Positions 1-11,876 of a DNA stretch of 64,000 nucleotides are shown here, one piece after another. Source of the stretch: Mobula hypostoma. Its lineage: Eukaryota. The position numbers were made by a program, and so were the translations under genes. Location: assembly GCF_963921235.1 (NCBI RefSeq), contig NC_086097.1, positions 184,886,001-184,950,000 of the forward strand, given 5' to 3'. Each line of letters opens with the position of its first letter. Position 1 is the stretch's first letter. The notes under the pieces are model-generated. The model was not told where the DNA came from. It ran no database searches and was given only the letters and a program-made list of their open reading frames with translations.

Positions 1-284
1 GTGGAGGAGTCTAGGACAAGAGGGCACAGTCTCAGGATAGAGGGGCACCCTTTCAAAACAGAGATGCAGAGACATTTCTTTAGCCAAAGGGTGGCGAATT
101 TGTGGAATTTGTTGCCACATGCAGCTGTGGAGGCCAGGTCGTTGGGTGTATTTAAGGCAGAGATTGATAGGCTCTTGATTGGAGATGGCATCAAAGTTTA
201 TGGGGAGAAGGCAGGGAAATGGAGTTGAGAAGGAGGAGAAAAAAAGGATCATCCATGATTGAATGGCGAAGCAGACACAATGGG
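1..284 (+). mobile_element. CR1 LINE 3' end (ORF2 C-terminus and start of 3' UTR), runs off the window start
   Basis: ORF 1..228 SRTRGHSLRIEGHPFKTEMQRHFFSQRVANLWNLLP is the CR1 ORF2 C-terminus (compare 42270-42380). The UTR motif GATCATCCATGATTGAATGGCG follows. Confidence 0.9.
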
Positions 285-974
285 ACAATAATATTGTCTT
301 ATTATTTGCTCTATGCCTTTTGGGAATATGAGTTTACCTGCTACCCTCAATGTACCATCCTTGCCTTGAATGCATTTGACTGAGGGTTTATGACTAAGAG
401 CCCCAAATACTCACTTTAGTTAACCAGAATGTTGCAACGGCAGATCAAAGTCCTATGGTCTAATGGTCTTATGGAAAGTCATGGTAGGTGTGAAGAAGGG
501 ATTGTGGGTGAAAAGGAGGGTGGAGGTTGACCTGGCACAGTGCTGTGAGTGGTGAGATTTTAAATGAAAATGAACTACTTGGAGCCAATCCCCAGTACTG
601 GACTCCGCAGGCTGTAGCCTTTTAAATTTGATGAAACAGATATTTTGCATGATTAGCTCATATGTTCTGTATGTTTGAATGAAGGTTATGGAAGAGATGT
701 CCAGATATCTACTTCACATATTAAATGACACTCCCCATTCTCTGGCACTGCTATATCTTGGTGCATCAGACTCAAATAAAACCTAAAGCAAAATCATGGA
801 ATATCACAGTTTGTTAGACTCCTGTCCTTTGGGTGAAATATTGCTCTGAAAATCCTTGTTTCCTATCCAGTGACTGTCAAGCTACAACCACCTTCTTTCT
901 TGCCTCCCCCAATAACTTAGGTTAGAACCCATCAGGACCTCAGGACATAACCTCCTTAACATAATTTAAAAGAC

Positions 975-2730
975 CCAATACCTCTTCTTGATATTAAATA
1001 CCTCTTCTTGATATTAACATGCAGTAAAATATCAGAAGCTCCTTCCCTGAACTCTGTATCATGCAGGTCCTTCTCTTTGGTGAATATAGATGTCAAGTAC
1101 TCATTTACTACTGCAGCAACTTCTCCTGGCTCCAGGTGTAAATTCTTTCCTTTGTCCTTGAGTAGTCCTGCCCTTTCACTAGCTACCCTTTTGTTTTTAA
1201 TGTATGTATGAAGGGCTTTCAGATTTACCTTAATCCTACTCACCAAGGACAATGGACAGCCTTTTATATCCCTTTTTGTTTAGGTTCTTTCTTGTCACAA
1301 TCAAGAGAAAATGTACAGATGGAAATCCAAGCAACACACAGAAAATGCTGCAGGAACTCAGCAGGCCAGGCGGTATCTATGGTAAAGAATTCAGTCGATA
1401 TTTTGTGGGTATTGCTTAGGTTCTTTCCTGCTTCCTTTATAGCCTTGTTTGATTTCATTCCTAAACACTGCAAATGCTTCCTCTTTTCAACTAAATTTAC
1501 AACATCTCTCATCATACAAGTTTGCCGAAATTTTGTGTTTCTACCTCACAAGAACATGCTTTCCTGAGTTCTGAAGGGTCTTGTCCAAAACTGTCAACTA
1601 TTCGTCACTGAATTCTGATTAGCTGGCTTTTATACAACTTCCACATGTCAAGTGTTAACATACCCAGTGACAGCTGTTCCCAATCCACTCTCCCGAATAG
1701 CTGTCTAATACCGCTGTAATTAGACTTACCCAATTTAGCATTTTACCAAGGTCCAGTCTTATCCTTATCCAGAGCTCCTTTAAAACGTGCATAGTTATAA
1801 TTACTGTTCCCAAAATGGTCTCTCACTAAAATTCCAATTACATCAACAGGCTCATTTCTTATTTCCTTGGTTAGACTATTTGTTTCAAGAAACCCTCCTG
1901 AATGCACCTAGCAAACTGTGCCTCATTGAAGCCTCTGACATGAAGTGGAAGTTGGGGGAGGCCCAGTCAATCTTGGGGAAATTAAAGTCACCCACTACAA
2001 CAACTTGTTGTATTAACACTTTTCCACGATCTGCTTACATATTTGCTTCTTCCTCTACCATTGGCTGTTGGGTGGCCTATAGTCTAAACATATCATAGTG
2101 ACTGCTCCTTTCTTATTCCTGATATTAACCTATATGACCTCATTGGTTGAGGCCTCCAGGATGTTCTCTCTAAGTGTAGTTGTGATATTCTCCCTGATAA
2201 GTACAACTCTCCCACACCCTTTATCATGTTAGAAACACCTAAACCCTGGAACATTGAGCTGCCTCTTTCAATCAAATCTCTATAGTGGCTATAGCGTCAT
2301 TGTTTTATGTATTAATGCAGGTTCTAAGTTCATCTGCCTTGTATTATCTCACATAGAAATAAATACACTGCACACCATCAGTCTCACTGTGTTCATTAAC
2401 CTGACCTTGCCCATCCTTTCTTTCAGATTAAATGACTTAAACTCTACCTTCTCCTCAATCCCTCCACTTGCTGACCCACCACTCTACACTCCATTTCATT
2501 GCCAAATTAATATAACCCTTCTTATTAACACTAGCAAATCGCCTGTGGAGATATTTGTACTCCTCCCGGTTGGATACAACATGACCATCTTGTAGAGGTT
2601 GCAACAGCCCTGGAGGAGAACATAATGATCCAAAGATCTGAAGTGCCCCCTTTTGCACCAGCTTGTTAGCCATGTATTCAACGCTTGGCACAGGATGTAA
2701 TCCAGTTATTACAGCACTAAAAGCCTATCT
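975..2730 (-). mobile_element. Old degraded CR1 LINE (ORF1 esterase C-terminus, APE endonuclease, tether)
   Basis: ORF 2496..2681(-) NTWLTSWCKRGHFRSLDH...TNI matches the CR1 ORF1 end at 17920-18099. VVVVGDFNFP is encoded at ~1975-2005(-). ORF 956..1252(-) RIKVNLKALHTYIKNKR...NEYLTSIFTKEKD is CR1 ORF2. Confidence 0.8.
1330..1405 (-). mobile_element. Penelope terminal-repeat fragment inserted in the old CR1
   Basis: AACACACAGAAAATGCTGCAGGAACTCAGCAGGCCAGGCGGTATCTATGG...CAGTCGATATTT matches 26878-26950 and 60801-60860. Confidence 0.7.
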
Positions 2731-5700
2731 CTATTTGAACAGAATGGAAAACTGCCATATTAATGAGAAAAGGAAAATTTCATAAAGTATAAATTCATGA
2801 AGGAACACATTCTAAAGTAATTAAACTGTTGCAACATTTTCCAGCAGCATTAAACTATCAATCTATCCACTGTTCTCAGGAGTGGACTAATGGCTATTAA
2901 TATTGACTCTATTTCAATTTTTTGGGAAATATTATGATAAAACAATTAAAGTTTTAAAAAATTAAAGCAATAGCAGAACTTTACTCTGGGGCTAAATTTT
3001 TATTATTACCTCTCTCCTCATGCACATTGAAATGGAGGATGGAAGTTTTTAAACACATTAACTAGATTTTGTTTTGCGAATTGTTGTGCTTGTTGGTCAC
3101 TTTATGCAAATCACATACGTGTAATAATGCCTCTGAGTTTAAAACAAGGAAATGTCTTCCAGCTGTCAGTGGCTTTGTTCTCAACTGCCAACACCTGAAG
3201 CCAAGAGAGCAGCATGGAAAGGTACAAACATTTATGAGGTCTTTGCTTACATTACCTTGTGTGTATATAGAAAATATAAAACATGGTAATATGCCTCACA
3301 AAAATTTGTTAACATTTTTTTCTTAGACAAATGAAACTTCTTAATATCAAAGTTAAATAGATGAAGTACAATTTTTGTTCAAAATGCAGCTGATTAATGA
3401 CAAATCCTTTTCTGAAAGTTATTTCCAAAATGCAGGATAAACAACAAGGGAACAGACCCTCTGACCCACAAACCCATGCCAACCTTTATCCACACATGTA
3501 CAATATTACTTTGAGTCTGGAACAAGTACAAGATTTTTATCTTGCTGTACATCTTGGCTGCACTACCATCCAGATGGAAAAAGAGGGAAGAAATATCATC
3601 TTAAAATGACTGTCTTAAAGCTTGAACTGTTTCAATTGGACCTGCAAAATCTCTGCTGAATTATCATTTCTTTGGGATTTGGTTTTCATTTCATTACAAA
3701 TTAAAACTGATCTGTGAAATAGATCATTTGTGCCATCTCGGCAAGAAATTCTTTGTCTCTGCACCATACCCACTGAGTGAAATAGCTGGTGTTTTCAAAA
3801 AAGTGGTCATTTGCTGCACGCCACACAGTACTATACAGGAGCTCTGGTTGTTAGTACAAGCTGGAGAGGATGCATGCTCTTAGAATGCAGAGAAACAGGA
3901 GGAAAGTGAAGTAATATGAGAGGAGTGGTGGACAGTGCAGTCCTCATTAACTGGGATCTTCTCATCCTTGTTGTTTCAGCTATGATCCAGCTCTCCAACC
4001 ACCTGTTATCTCGATGCCAAAAGTGATCTCTCATCAGTTTTACTTATGCAAGCCCATTCTGCTGTATAGTTTGACACCTAGCTCTTGCCTTGCCTTACCT
4101 TGCGCCCTTAACTCCTGGTTGAGTCGTCGGGGCGCCGTCATGACAAGCTTTGCACCAGTCCGTTCCATCTGTTGTGGTTCTGTGGCAGAGCCTGGGTCAC
4201 CGCAAATGTCTTCCCTGTCTAGTCTCTAATATTGTCCATCCATCTTTTCCTCTGTCTACCTCTCCTTCTTTTCCTCCACAGTTCCTTGTAGAACGGTCTT
4301 TGCAAAGCCACTGGATCTTGTTACGTGGCCGTACCATCTCAGCTTTCTTTTCTTCACCATTGTGAGAAGGTCTTCATGGGGGCCAATGTGGTGCTGGATG
4401 GTCTTGTGGACCTGCTCGTTTGTGATGTGGTCCAAGTATGAGATGCCCAAGATGTTGCGATAGCATCTCATTTCCAATGCCTGTATCTTCCTCTGTAGCT
4501 CTGCTGTGAGGGTCCATGTCTCACATGTGTACTGGAAGATGGAGAATACCAATGATCTTGTACTTCATGGTGATGTTTCTGTCCCTCCATATTGTCTTGA
4601 GTTTGGATAGTGCAGTCATTGTCTGTGTTGTTCTTGCCAGGACTTCTGGTCTTGAACCTTCATCACTGATGATTGCCCCCAGGTATTTGAACTGCTGCAC
4701 TGTCTCAAATTTCTAATCATGGACTGAAATGTCTGTTTTGATGGCACCATTGGCATTTGCCATGAGCTTGGTTTTCTCGGCACTTATTTCCATTCCAAAC
4801 TTTGTGGAGGCTCTGTCAAGATGGATGATCAGGTTGGCCAGTTTGTCCTCTTTTCCTGCAAATCCATCAATGTTGTCAGCAAACCTTAGGTTTGTGATGT
4901 TCATCCCTCCGATGCTGACCACATGATCTTCAAGGGGAACCCTCATGATTCGTTCCAGGAAGATATTAAAGAGAGTAGGGGAGAGGAGGCAGCCCTGACG
5001 GATTCCTGCAGAGGTACAGAACCATTCCCCGATGGTGCCCTGAGTGAGCACTGCACTGGTTGCCTTGGCGTAAAGCTGATGGATTGTATGAATCAGCTTC
5101 TGCCCCATGTTGAATTTATTCATGGTGGCCCATAAGGCATCATGCCAGACTCTGTCAAACACCTTCTTGAAGTCTATGAAGACATGGTAGAACTCTCTCT
5201 GGTGCTGAAGGTGTTTCTCACAGAAGGTGCGGAGGGTGAAAATCTGCTCAGTGGTGCTTCTGCCCTTACGGAAGCCTGCTTGTTCCTCGGCAATGATGTC
5301 TTCTGCCTGAGGCCTCAGTCTGTTCAAAATGATTCTGAGCATTACCTTGTTTACGTGGCTGATTAAACTGACGGTACGGTAATTCTGGCGAATTTGGAGA
5401 TTGCCCTTCTTGGGAAGCACAATGATCAGCGACTGAGTCCAAGGTGTCAGCCATTCACCTGTCTGCCAGATCTTATTGCAGATGGTGGTAAGCATGTTTA
5501 TCGTGGCCTCTCCTCCAAGCTTCAGCAGTTCAGCAGGGATGTTGTCAACTCCTGCTGACTTCCCGCACTTCAGTGATCATAATGCGGCTTCAACTTCTTC
5601 ACGCGTCTTTGGATAGTCATCCTCACTGGAAGATTCCTGCACATTCAGCATGCTTGGATCCCCTTTGCTCTGGTAGTTGTACAGTTCTAAACAGTCCTCT

Positions 5701-6788
5701 GTCCACCTTTCCATTAATTCCTTTCCTTCTGTGAGACTTTTGCCACCTTTGTCTTGGATGGTGTTCACTTTGGCTTGTTTTTCTTTGGTAAGATCTTTCA
5801 CCAGTTGGGATGCCTTTTTTGTGTTGTCATTGGAGAGGCTGTCTTCAGTGTCCGCACATTGTTCGGCTATCCATCTTTGCTTTGCTTCTTTCATTTCCCT
5901 CCTGATATCCTGTTGATTTTCCTGTATTCTGTTCTTCCCTCTGCTGCGTTTTTATCTTTCTTTAATTTCCTTCTTGTGTCACGTATACCCAGTATCTTGT
6001 TAGTGACCCATGGTTTAGACTTCCGGCGGCTTTTTCCCAGAATCTTGCTTGCTGTTTCCATCATCACTGTGTTAAAGTTACTTGTGGTGGTCTCCAGGTC
6101 TTCTTTAAAGAGGAGTATTGGTGCAAACTTCCCCCCAATCGCTGCCTGAAATTCTTCAGAGATGGCAGGGTCTTTCAGTTTTTCAAGGTCGAATCTTAGC
6201 CAGCTGTTTTTTGGCTTGTTGATTCTCCTCAAGCGCACTCTGATATTCATCATGACAAGGTCATGGTCACTGCCCACGTCTGTTCCTGGGAATGTTCTGG
6301 TCTTCGGTCTGTTCACACCAGATTTGTGCTGTCTTTGCACCAGGATGTAGTCAATCTGGAGACGTTGACCACTGGGGCCATGCCAGGTCCATCTTCGGAT
6401 GCTTTGTGCTCTCCAAGTGTGTTCGACAGCACCATGTTCTTATAACTGGCAAATTCCAGCAGGCGTAGTCCCCTCTCATTGGAGGTGTCATTGCATGAAG
6501 GGCCGAGGAGATCCCCCCACTCATCTTGTGCGTCTCTGCCCACCTTGGCATTCCACTCACCCTGAATGATCAAAATGTCTTTTTTGTCCACCTTGTCAAT
6601 GACATCTCGTAGTTTCTTCTAGAATTCTTCAATGTGTTCATCGTTGTAGTCTGTTGTTGGGGTGTAGACTTGTGCCACTGCGATGTTGAATGGTTTTACT
6701 CGCAGGTGGATCGTCATGAGCCTGCTTGACACTGGTTGGCATCCTAGGACAGGGTTCTTGATGGATTTGTTGACTAGGAATCCCATGC

Positions 6789-7138
6789 CAGTGGTCCCCA
6801 ACCTCTGGGCCGCGACTGATACATTGCTGCGAAGAATGCAGTGGTGCAGCGGTAGTCAGAACGCACCCAGTATATCTTTAAGAAAAAAAGCCGAAATATA
6901 CAAGCTAATTAATTAGGTGCCTCCCGGCACATAAATGTCGGTGCAGATCAGAGGGGGCACAATCGGCAATCGCCTATGATTTGAGCCGACATTTACATGC
7001 CGAGTGGCACCTAATTATTTAGTCTGTTTATTTCGGCTTTTTTGCTTAACGATATGCTGGGTGTGTTCCAACTACCACTGCACCACTGCATTCTTTGTGG
7101 CATTGTGTCAGTCGCAGCCTGGAGGTTGGGGACCACTG
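6789..7138. mobile_element. hAT (Charlie-like) MITE, near-complete palindrome, inserted in the RTE endonuclease
   Basis: TIR CAGTGGTCCCCAACCTC...GAGGTTGGGGACCACTG, with arms complementary over ~150 bp. Degenerate 8-bp TSD TCCCATGC/CCCTACGC. It splits the RTE peptide NGVG|FLVNK. Confidence 0.85.
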
Positions 7139-7673
7139 CCCTACGCCATTTTCATGTCTGTTCTCTTCTCCACTATAATAGAATACATGTCCTTCCTCAG
7201 TACGTACTTCTCCAGCGTTCTTCCAACTGGCTTCACAGAGCCCGAGGAGGTGCCAGTTGTATCTTTCCATCTCATGCGTGAATTCCTTGAGTTTCTCTGC
7301 TTGGTTCAGCGTTCTTACATTCCATATGACGATTGTGATGTTCCCTCTGCCACGGATCTTCTGTTTCGAATCACCAGTAGCACCTTTATCCCGTCCACCC
7401 TGGTGTGAGACGAATAGCGCGGTCATTGGTAACCCGGGCTGCGACCGATCTGGTATGAAGTTGCTTTTTGGTGTGCTCATCATGCGGCGTGTCTTGGCAG
7501 CTGAAACCCAGCGGAGCACATCCCTCTCCAGGTTTGACCACAACCGATTTCTTCCAAGTAGGTGGCTCACCTTGGTCGTGAACACATGGCCGTTACAGTT
7601 CATCTGAGAAACTTTCCGCCCCGGCCAGTGACTTCATCGTGGAAGTCATTCACCCAGTGGTGCCGTGTTAACA

Positions 7674-7847
7674 CCACCCCCTCATATGGTTTAGCCCACA
7701 GCTGAAGGGGTTTACCAGGGTATGGCGCTTGGAGCCAACACGTGAGAGATTTAGGAGATGGATGATGGGCTGGTGATGCCCGTCCACCCTGTCTGGTAGA
7801 GAGCCGCATGCCAGATATCAAAGGTACTACCTCTATCCAGAGCCCCC
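7674..7847 (-). ncRNA. Candidate HDV/CPEB3-like self-cleaving ribozyme at the RTE 5' end (degenerate)
   Basis: Starts GGGGGCU 7 nt inside the TSD. Putative P2 CCAUCUCCU/AGGGGGUGG, L3-like UCUCACGU, P1' GGCUCC. P3, P1.1 and J4/2 are imperfect. Confidence 0.35.
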
Positions 7848-9366
7848 TGTACCTCACCTAGCACTAACTACAGTCAACCCACACAAATGCCCATGTCCTG
7901 GCCATAGATGATCTACATCAAAAAATGGCTAATAGCATCAAGAAATAATACTTACATTAGTCCAGGCAGAAGGCAAACAATTTAAACTTGTGTAAAATGT
8001 TTATGCAACAATTATGTTCTCTACCCCTTCCTAACAGTCTTTGTGGCTTTACAAGAAGGTTGCTGAGATTTCTACATTCAAAGCTGATTTCTCTTGTTGG
8101 TGTTTTGGTGCCAGCAGGCCCTCTGCTGAACTCACAGAGAGGCTGGCAAAAGGGACTGGGGTGCTGGGAGTGGGATGACACTATAAAATATAAGCATGGA
8201 AGTGTTTGATCAAAGCACATGTCACTTTCAGCTCTTCCACAACTTACCTGCATTTTGATGTTGATTTGAGGGTCTTGGGTGGGCAACATAGCATTCAAAA
8301 TGTGCACAACTTCAGTGACAGACTGCACATAAATGATTCACTCAACACACAGGTGGCCAGTCTTTCCACAGTCAAGACATTATTGTAAATATAAAAAATA
8401 TCAAACCACTCGTGTTCAAAACAGGTTCTTCCCAGCTCTCTGCAAATATTCAGAATATGGCCGGGAGACTTATCAAAACATCTAAAATCCTTTGTTGCTG
8501 CTCCAGAAGTATTCAAATGGTTAACAGCATTAATTGTGTCTAGCTGAACAATTGGTATTTTATATGAATGCAGCTGACTTAAAGTCCACTTGAGTGCATA
8601 CTGGAAGACATTGAATTCTTTCACATACTGGCAATATTTGTTTCTGCTCTCTCAAGGCTATAGATTCACTCTCTCCAGGTATCACTGCAGATGTGAAGTG
8701 CACATTCTTGCAGGCAAGAAAGAAAATAAGGAATTTATAAATGAATGCAGTGAGTTGTACTGAAAGGGATAAATGGAGGATATGTATTAATGCAAATATG
8801 TGGTTGAATGTCAATAATGAATAGATTGATGACGATGTTATTACATGCTGTGATATTTTAGTGCTGACAATACAGTCTTGTTGGAACAATTCATAACTTG
8901 GTTGGTGAATATTCCAGTGTGCTATTTTTCCAGGTCTGATGAGGGCATTAAAGTATATAATGCAGGGGACTACATTATCACTACTAATATCTGCTTTGGC
9001 TTTTAAATGTCATTGGCAGGATTCTTCTAATCATTAGGAAATAAGATATGATTGTGGAGCATTCCAATCCCTAACATGACATTCACTGTGTCTTGGGAAG
9101 CAACTCAGTATATCTGTGATCTTGCAGGTGCAGCCAACGTCTTGAATCTATTGGATGTTATGTTTGCAATGTGCAATGTGGCCTTAAATAATGCAATTAA
9201 AACTGAATTGTCTGCTTTGTCACCACAATTTTTTGAGCGTAACTGATGGGTTATCGGGTGATGACGTCAATGCTTTGTCTGTATTAAAGCGTCTCTGACA
9301 AACGCTCTGCAGGCTCTTTGGCTCTGCTGAATGTTGGCAGCCCCTTCCCCACCCCTAATACATTGG

Positions 9367-11876
9367 TAGGATAACAGGGATATCGAGGAGTAGATAGGGA
9401 AACAGATCCTGGAAAGGTGTAATAATAACAGAGTGGTCGTGATGGGAGATTTTAAATTCCCAAATATTGATTGGCAACTCCCTAGAGCAAAGGGTTTAGA
9501 TAGGGTGAAGTTTGTTAGGTGCGTTCAGGAAGGTTTCTTGACACAATATGTAGAAAAGCCTACAAGAGGAGAGGCTGTACTTGATTTGGTATTGGGAAAT
9601 GAACCTATTCAGGTATCAGATCTCTCACTGGGAGAGCATTTTGGAGAAAGTGATCATAATTCTATCTCCTTTACAACAGCATTAGAGAGAGATAGGAACA
9701 GACAAGTTAGAAAAGCGTTTAATTGGAGTAAGGGGAATTATGAGCCTATCAGGCAGGAAATTGGAAGCTTAAATTGGAAACACATGTTCTCAGGGAAAAG
9801 TACAGAAGAAATGTGGCGAATGTTCAGAGGATATTTGTGTGGAGTTCTGCATAGGTACATTCCAATGAGACAGGGAAATTATGGTAGGGTACAGGAACCA
9901 TGGTGTACAAAGGCTGTAATAAATTTAGTCAAGAAGAAAAGAAAAGCTTACAAAAGGTTCAGAGAGCTAGGTAATGTTAGAGATCTAGAAGATTATAAGG
10001 CTAATAGGAAGGAGCTTAAGAAGGAAATCAGGAGAGCCAGAAGGGGCCATGAGAAGGCCTTGGTGGCCAGGATTAAGGAAAACCCCAAGGCATTCTAAAA
10101 GTATGTGAAGAGCAAGAGGATAAGACATGAAAGAATAGGACCCATCAAGTGTGACAGTGGGAAAGTATATAAGGAACTGGAGGAAATAGCAGAGGTACTT
10201 AATGAATACTTTACTTCAGTATTCACTATGGTGAAGGATCTTGGTGATTGTAGTGATGACATGCAGCAGACTGAAAAGCTTGAGCATGTAGATATTAAGA
10301 AAAAGGATGTGCTGGAGCTTTTGGAAAGCATGAAGTTCGATAAGTCGCCGGGACCGGATGAGATGTACCCCAGGTTACTGTGGGAGGCGAGGGAGGTGAT
10401 TGCTGAGCCTCTGGCAATGATCATCAATGGGGACGGGAGAGGTTCCGGAGGATTGGGGGGTTGCGGATGTTGTTGCTTTATTCAAGAAAGGGAGTAGAGA
10501 TAGCCCAGGAAATTATAGACCAGTGAGTCTTACTTCAGTGGTTGGTAAGTTGATGGAGAAGATCCTGAGATGCAGGATTTATGAACATTTGGAGAAATAT
10601 AATATGATTAGGAATAGTCAGCATGGCTTTGTCAAGGGCAGGTCATGCCTTACAAGCCTGATTGAATTTTTTTGAGGATGTGACTAAACACATTGATGAA
10701 GGAAGAGCAGTAGATGTAGTGTATATGGATTTCAGCAAGGCATTTGATAAGGTACCCCATGCAAGGCTTATTGAGAAAGTAAGGAGGCATGGGATCCAAG
10801 GGGACATTGCTTTGTGGATCCAGAACTGGCTTGCCCACAGAAGGCAAAGAGTGGTTGTAAACGGGTCATACTCTGGATGGAGGTTGGTAACCTGTGGAGT
10901 GCCTCAGGGGTATGTTTTGGGACCCTTATTCTTCGTGATTTTTATAGATGACCTGGATGAGGAAGTGGAGGGATGGGTTAGTAAGTTTGTTGATGACACA
11001 ATGGTTGGAGGTGTTGTGGATAGTGTGGAGGGCTGTCAGAGGTTACAACGGGGTATTGATAGGATGCAACATTGGGCTGAGAAGTGGCAGACAAGTGTGA
11101 GGTGGTTCATTTTGGTAAGGCAAATATGATGGCAGAATATAGTATTAATGGTAAGACTACAGTATTAATGGCAGTGTGGAGGATCAGAGGAATCTTGTAG
11201 TCCATAGAACACTCAAAGCAGCTGCGCAGGTTGACACTGTGGTTAAGAAGGCATACAGTGTATTGGCCTTCATCAATTGTGGAATTGAATTTAGGAGCCG
11301 GGAGGTAATGTTGCAGCTATATAGGACCCTGGTCAGACTCCACTTGGAGTACTGTGCTCAGTTCTGGTCGCCTCACTACAGGAAGGATGTGGAAACCATA
11401 GAAAGGGTGCAGAGGAGAATTACAAGGATATTGCCTGGATTGGGGAGCATGCCTTATGAGAACAGGTTGAGTAAACTTGGCTTTTTTCTCCTTGGAGCGA
11501 CGGAGGATGAGAGGTGACCTGATAGAGGTATGATGATGAGAGGCATTGATCATGTGGATAGTCAGAGGCTTTTTCCCAGGGCTGAAATGGTTGTCACAAG
11601 AGGACACAGGTTTAAGGTGCTGGGGGGTAGGTAGAGAGGAGATGTCAGGGGTAAGTTTTTTACTCTGAGAGTGGTGAGTGCGTGGAATGGGCTGCCAGCA
11701 ACGGTGGTGGAGGCGAATACGATAGGGTCTTTTAAGAGACTTTTGGATAGGTACATGGAGCTTAGAAAAATAGAGGGCTATGGGTAAGCCTAGTAATTTC
11801 TAAGGTAGGGACATGTTTGGCACAACTTTGTGGGCCAAAGGGCCTGTATTATGCTGTAGATTGTCTATGTTTCTAT
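9367..11876 (+). mobile_element. 5'-truncated CR1 LINE, ORF2 broken by stops and frameshifts
   Basis: VVMGDFKFPNIDW, GESDHNSI, GNYRPVSLTSVVGK, YMDFSKAFDKVPH, GVPQG, SKFVDDT, LEYCAQFWSP. 3' hairpin GGGCCAAAGGGCCT and tail CTATGTTTCTAT at ~11865-11876. Confidence 0.95.

Larger units (their letters stand above)
4086..7854 (-). mobile_element. Full-length but frameshifted RTE-clade LINE (APE endonuclease + RT)
   Basis: Endonuclease motifs WNVRTL, LGLCE, GEWNAKVG, VGSDHDLV. RT motifs NYRTVSLISH, EEQAGFRKGRST, FIDFKKVFD, GIRQGCLLSPTLF, LRFADNI. C-terminal CETWTL...RKLRWYGHV. 3' tail (AAGGC)n at ~4086-4102. TSD CACCTAGCTCT (4075-4085) / CACCTAGCACT (7855-7865). Confidence 0.92.

Noticed and set aside
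7046..7603. 185-aa ORF as a separate gene
   Set aside because: It is RTE 5' region plus the endonuclease N-terminus reading into the MITE.
8560..8889. Possible minus-strand exon after a pyrimidine tract at ~8712
   Set aside because: No recognisable protein in any frame and no supporting downstream donor.
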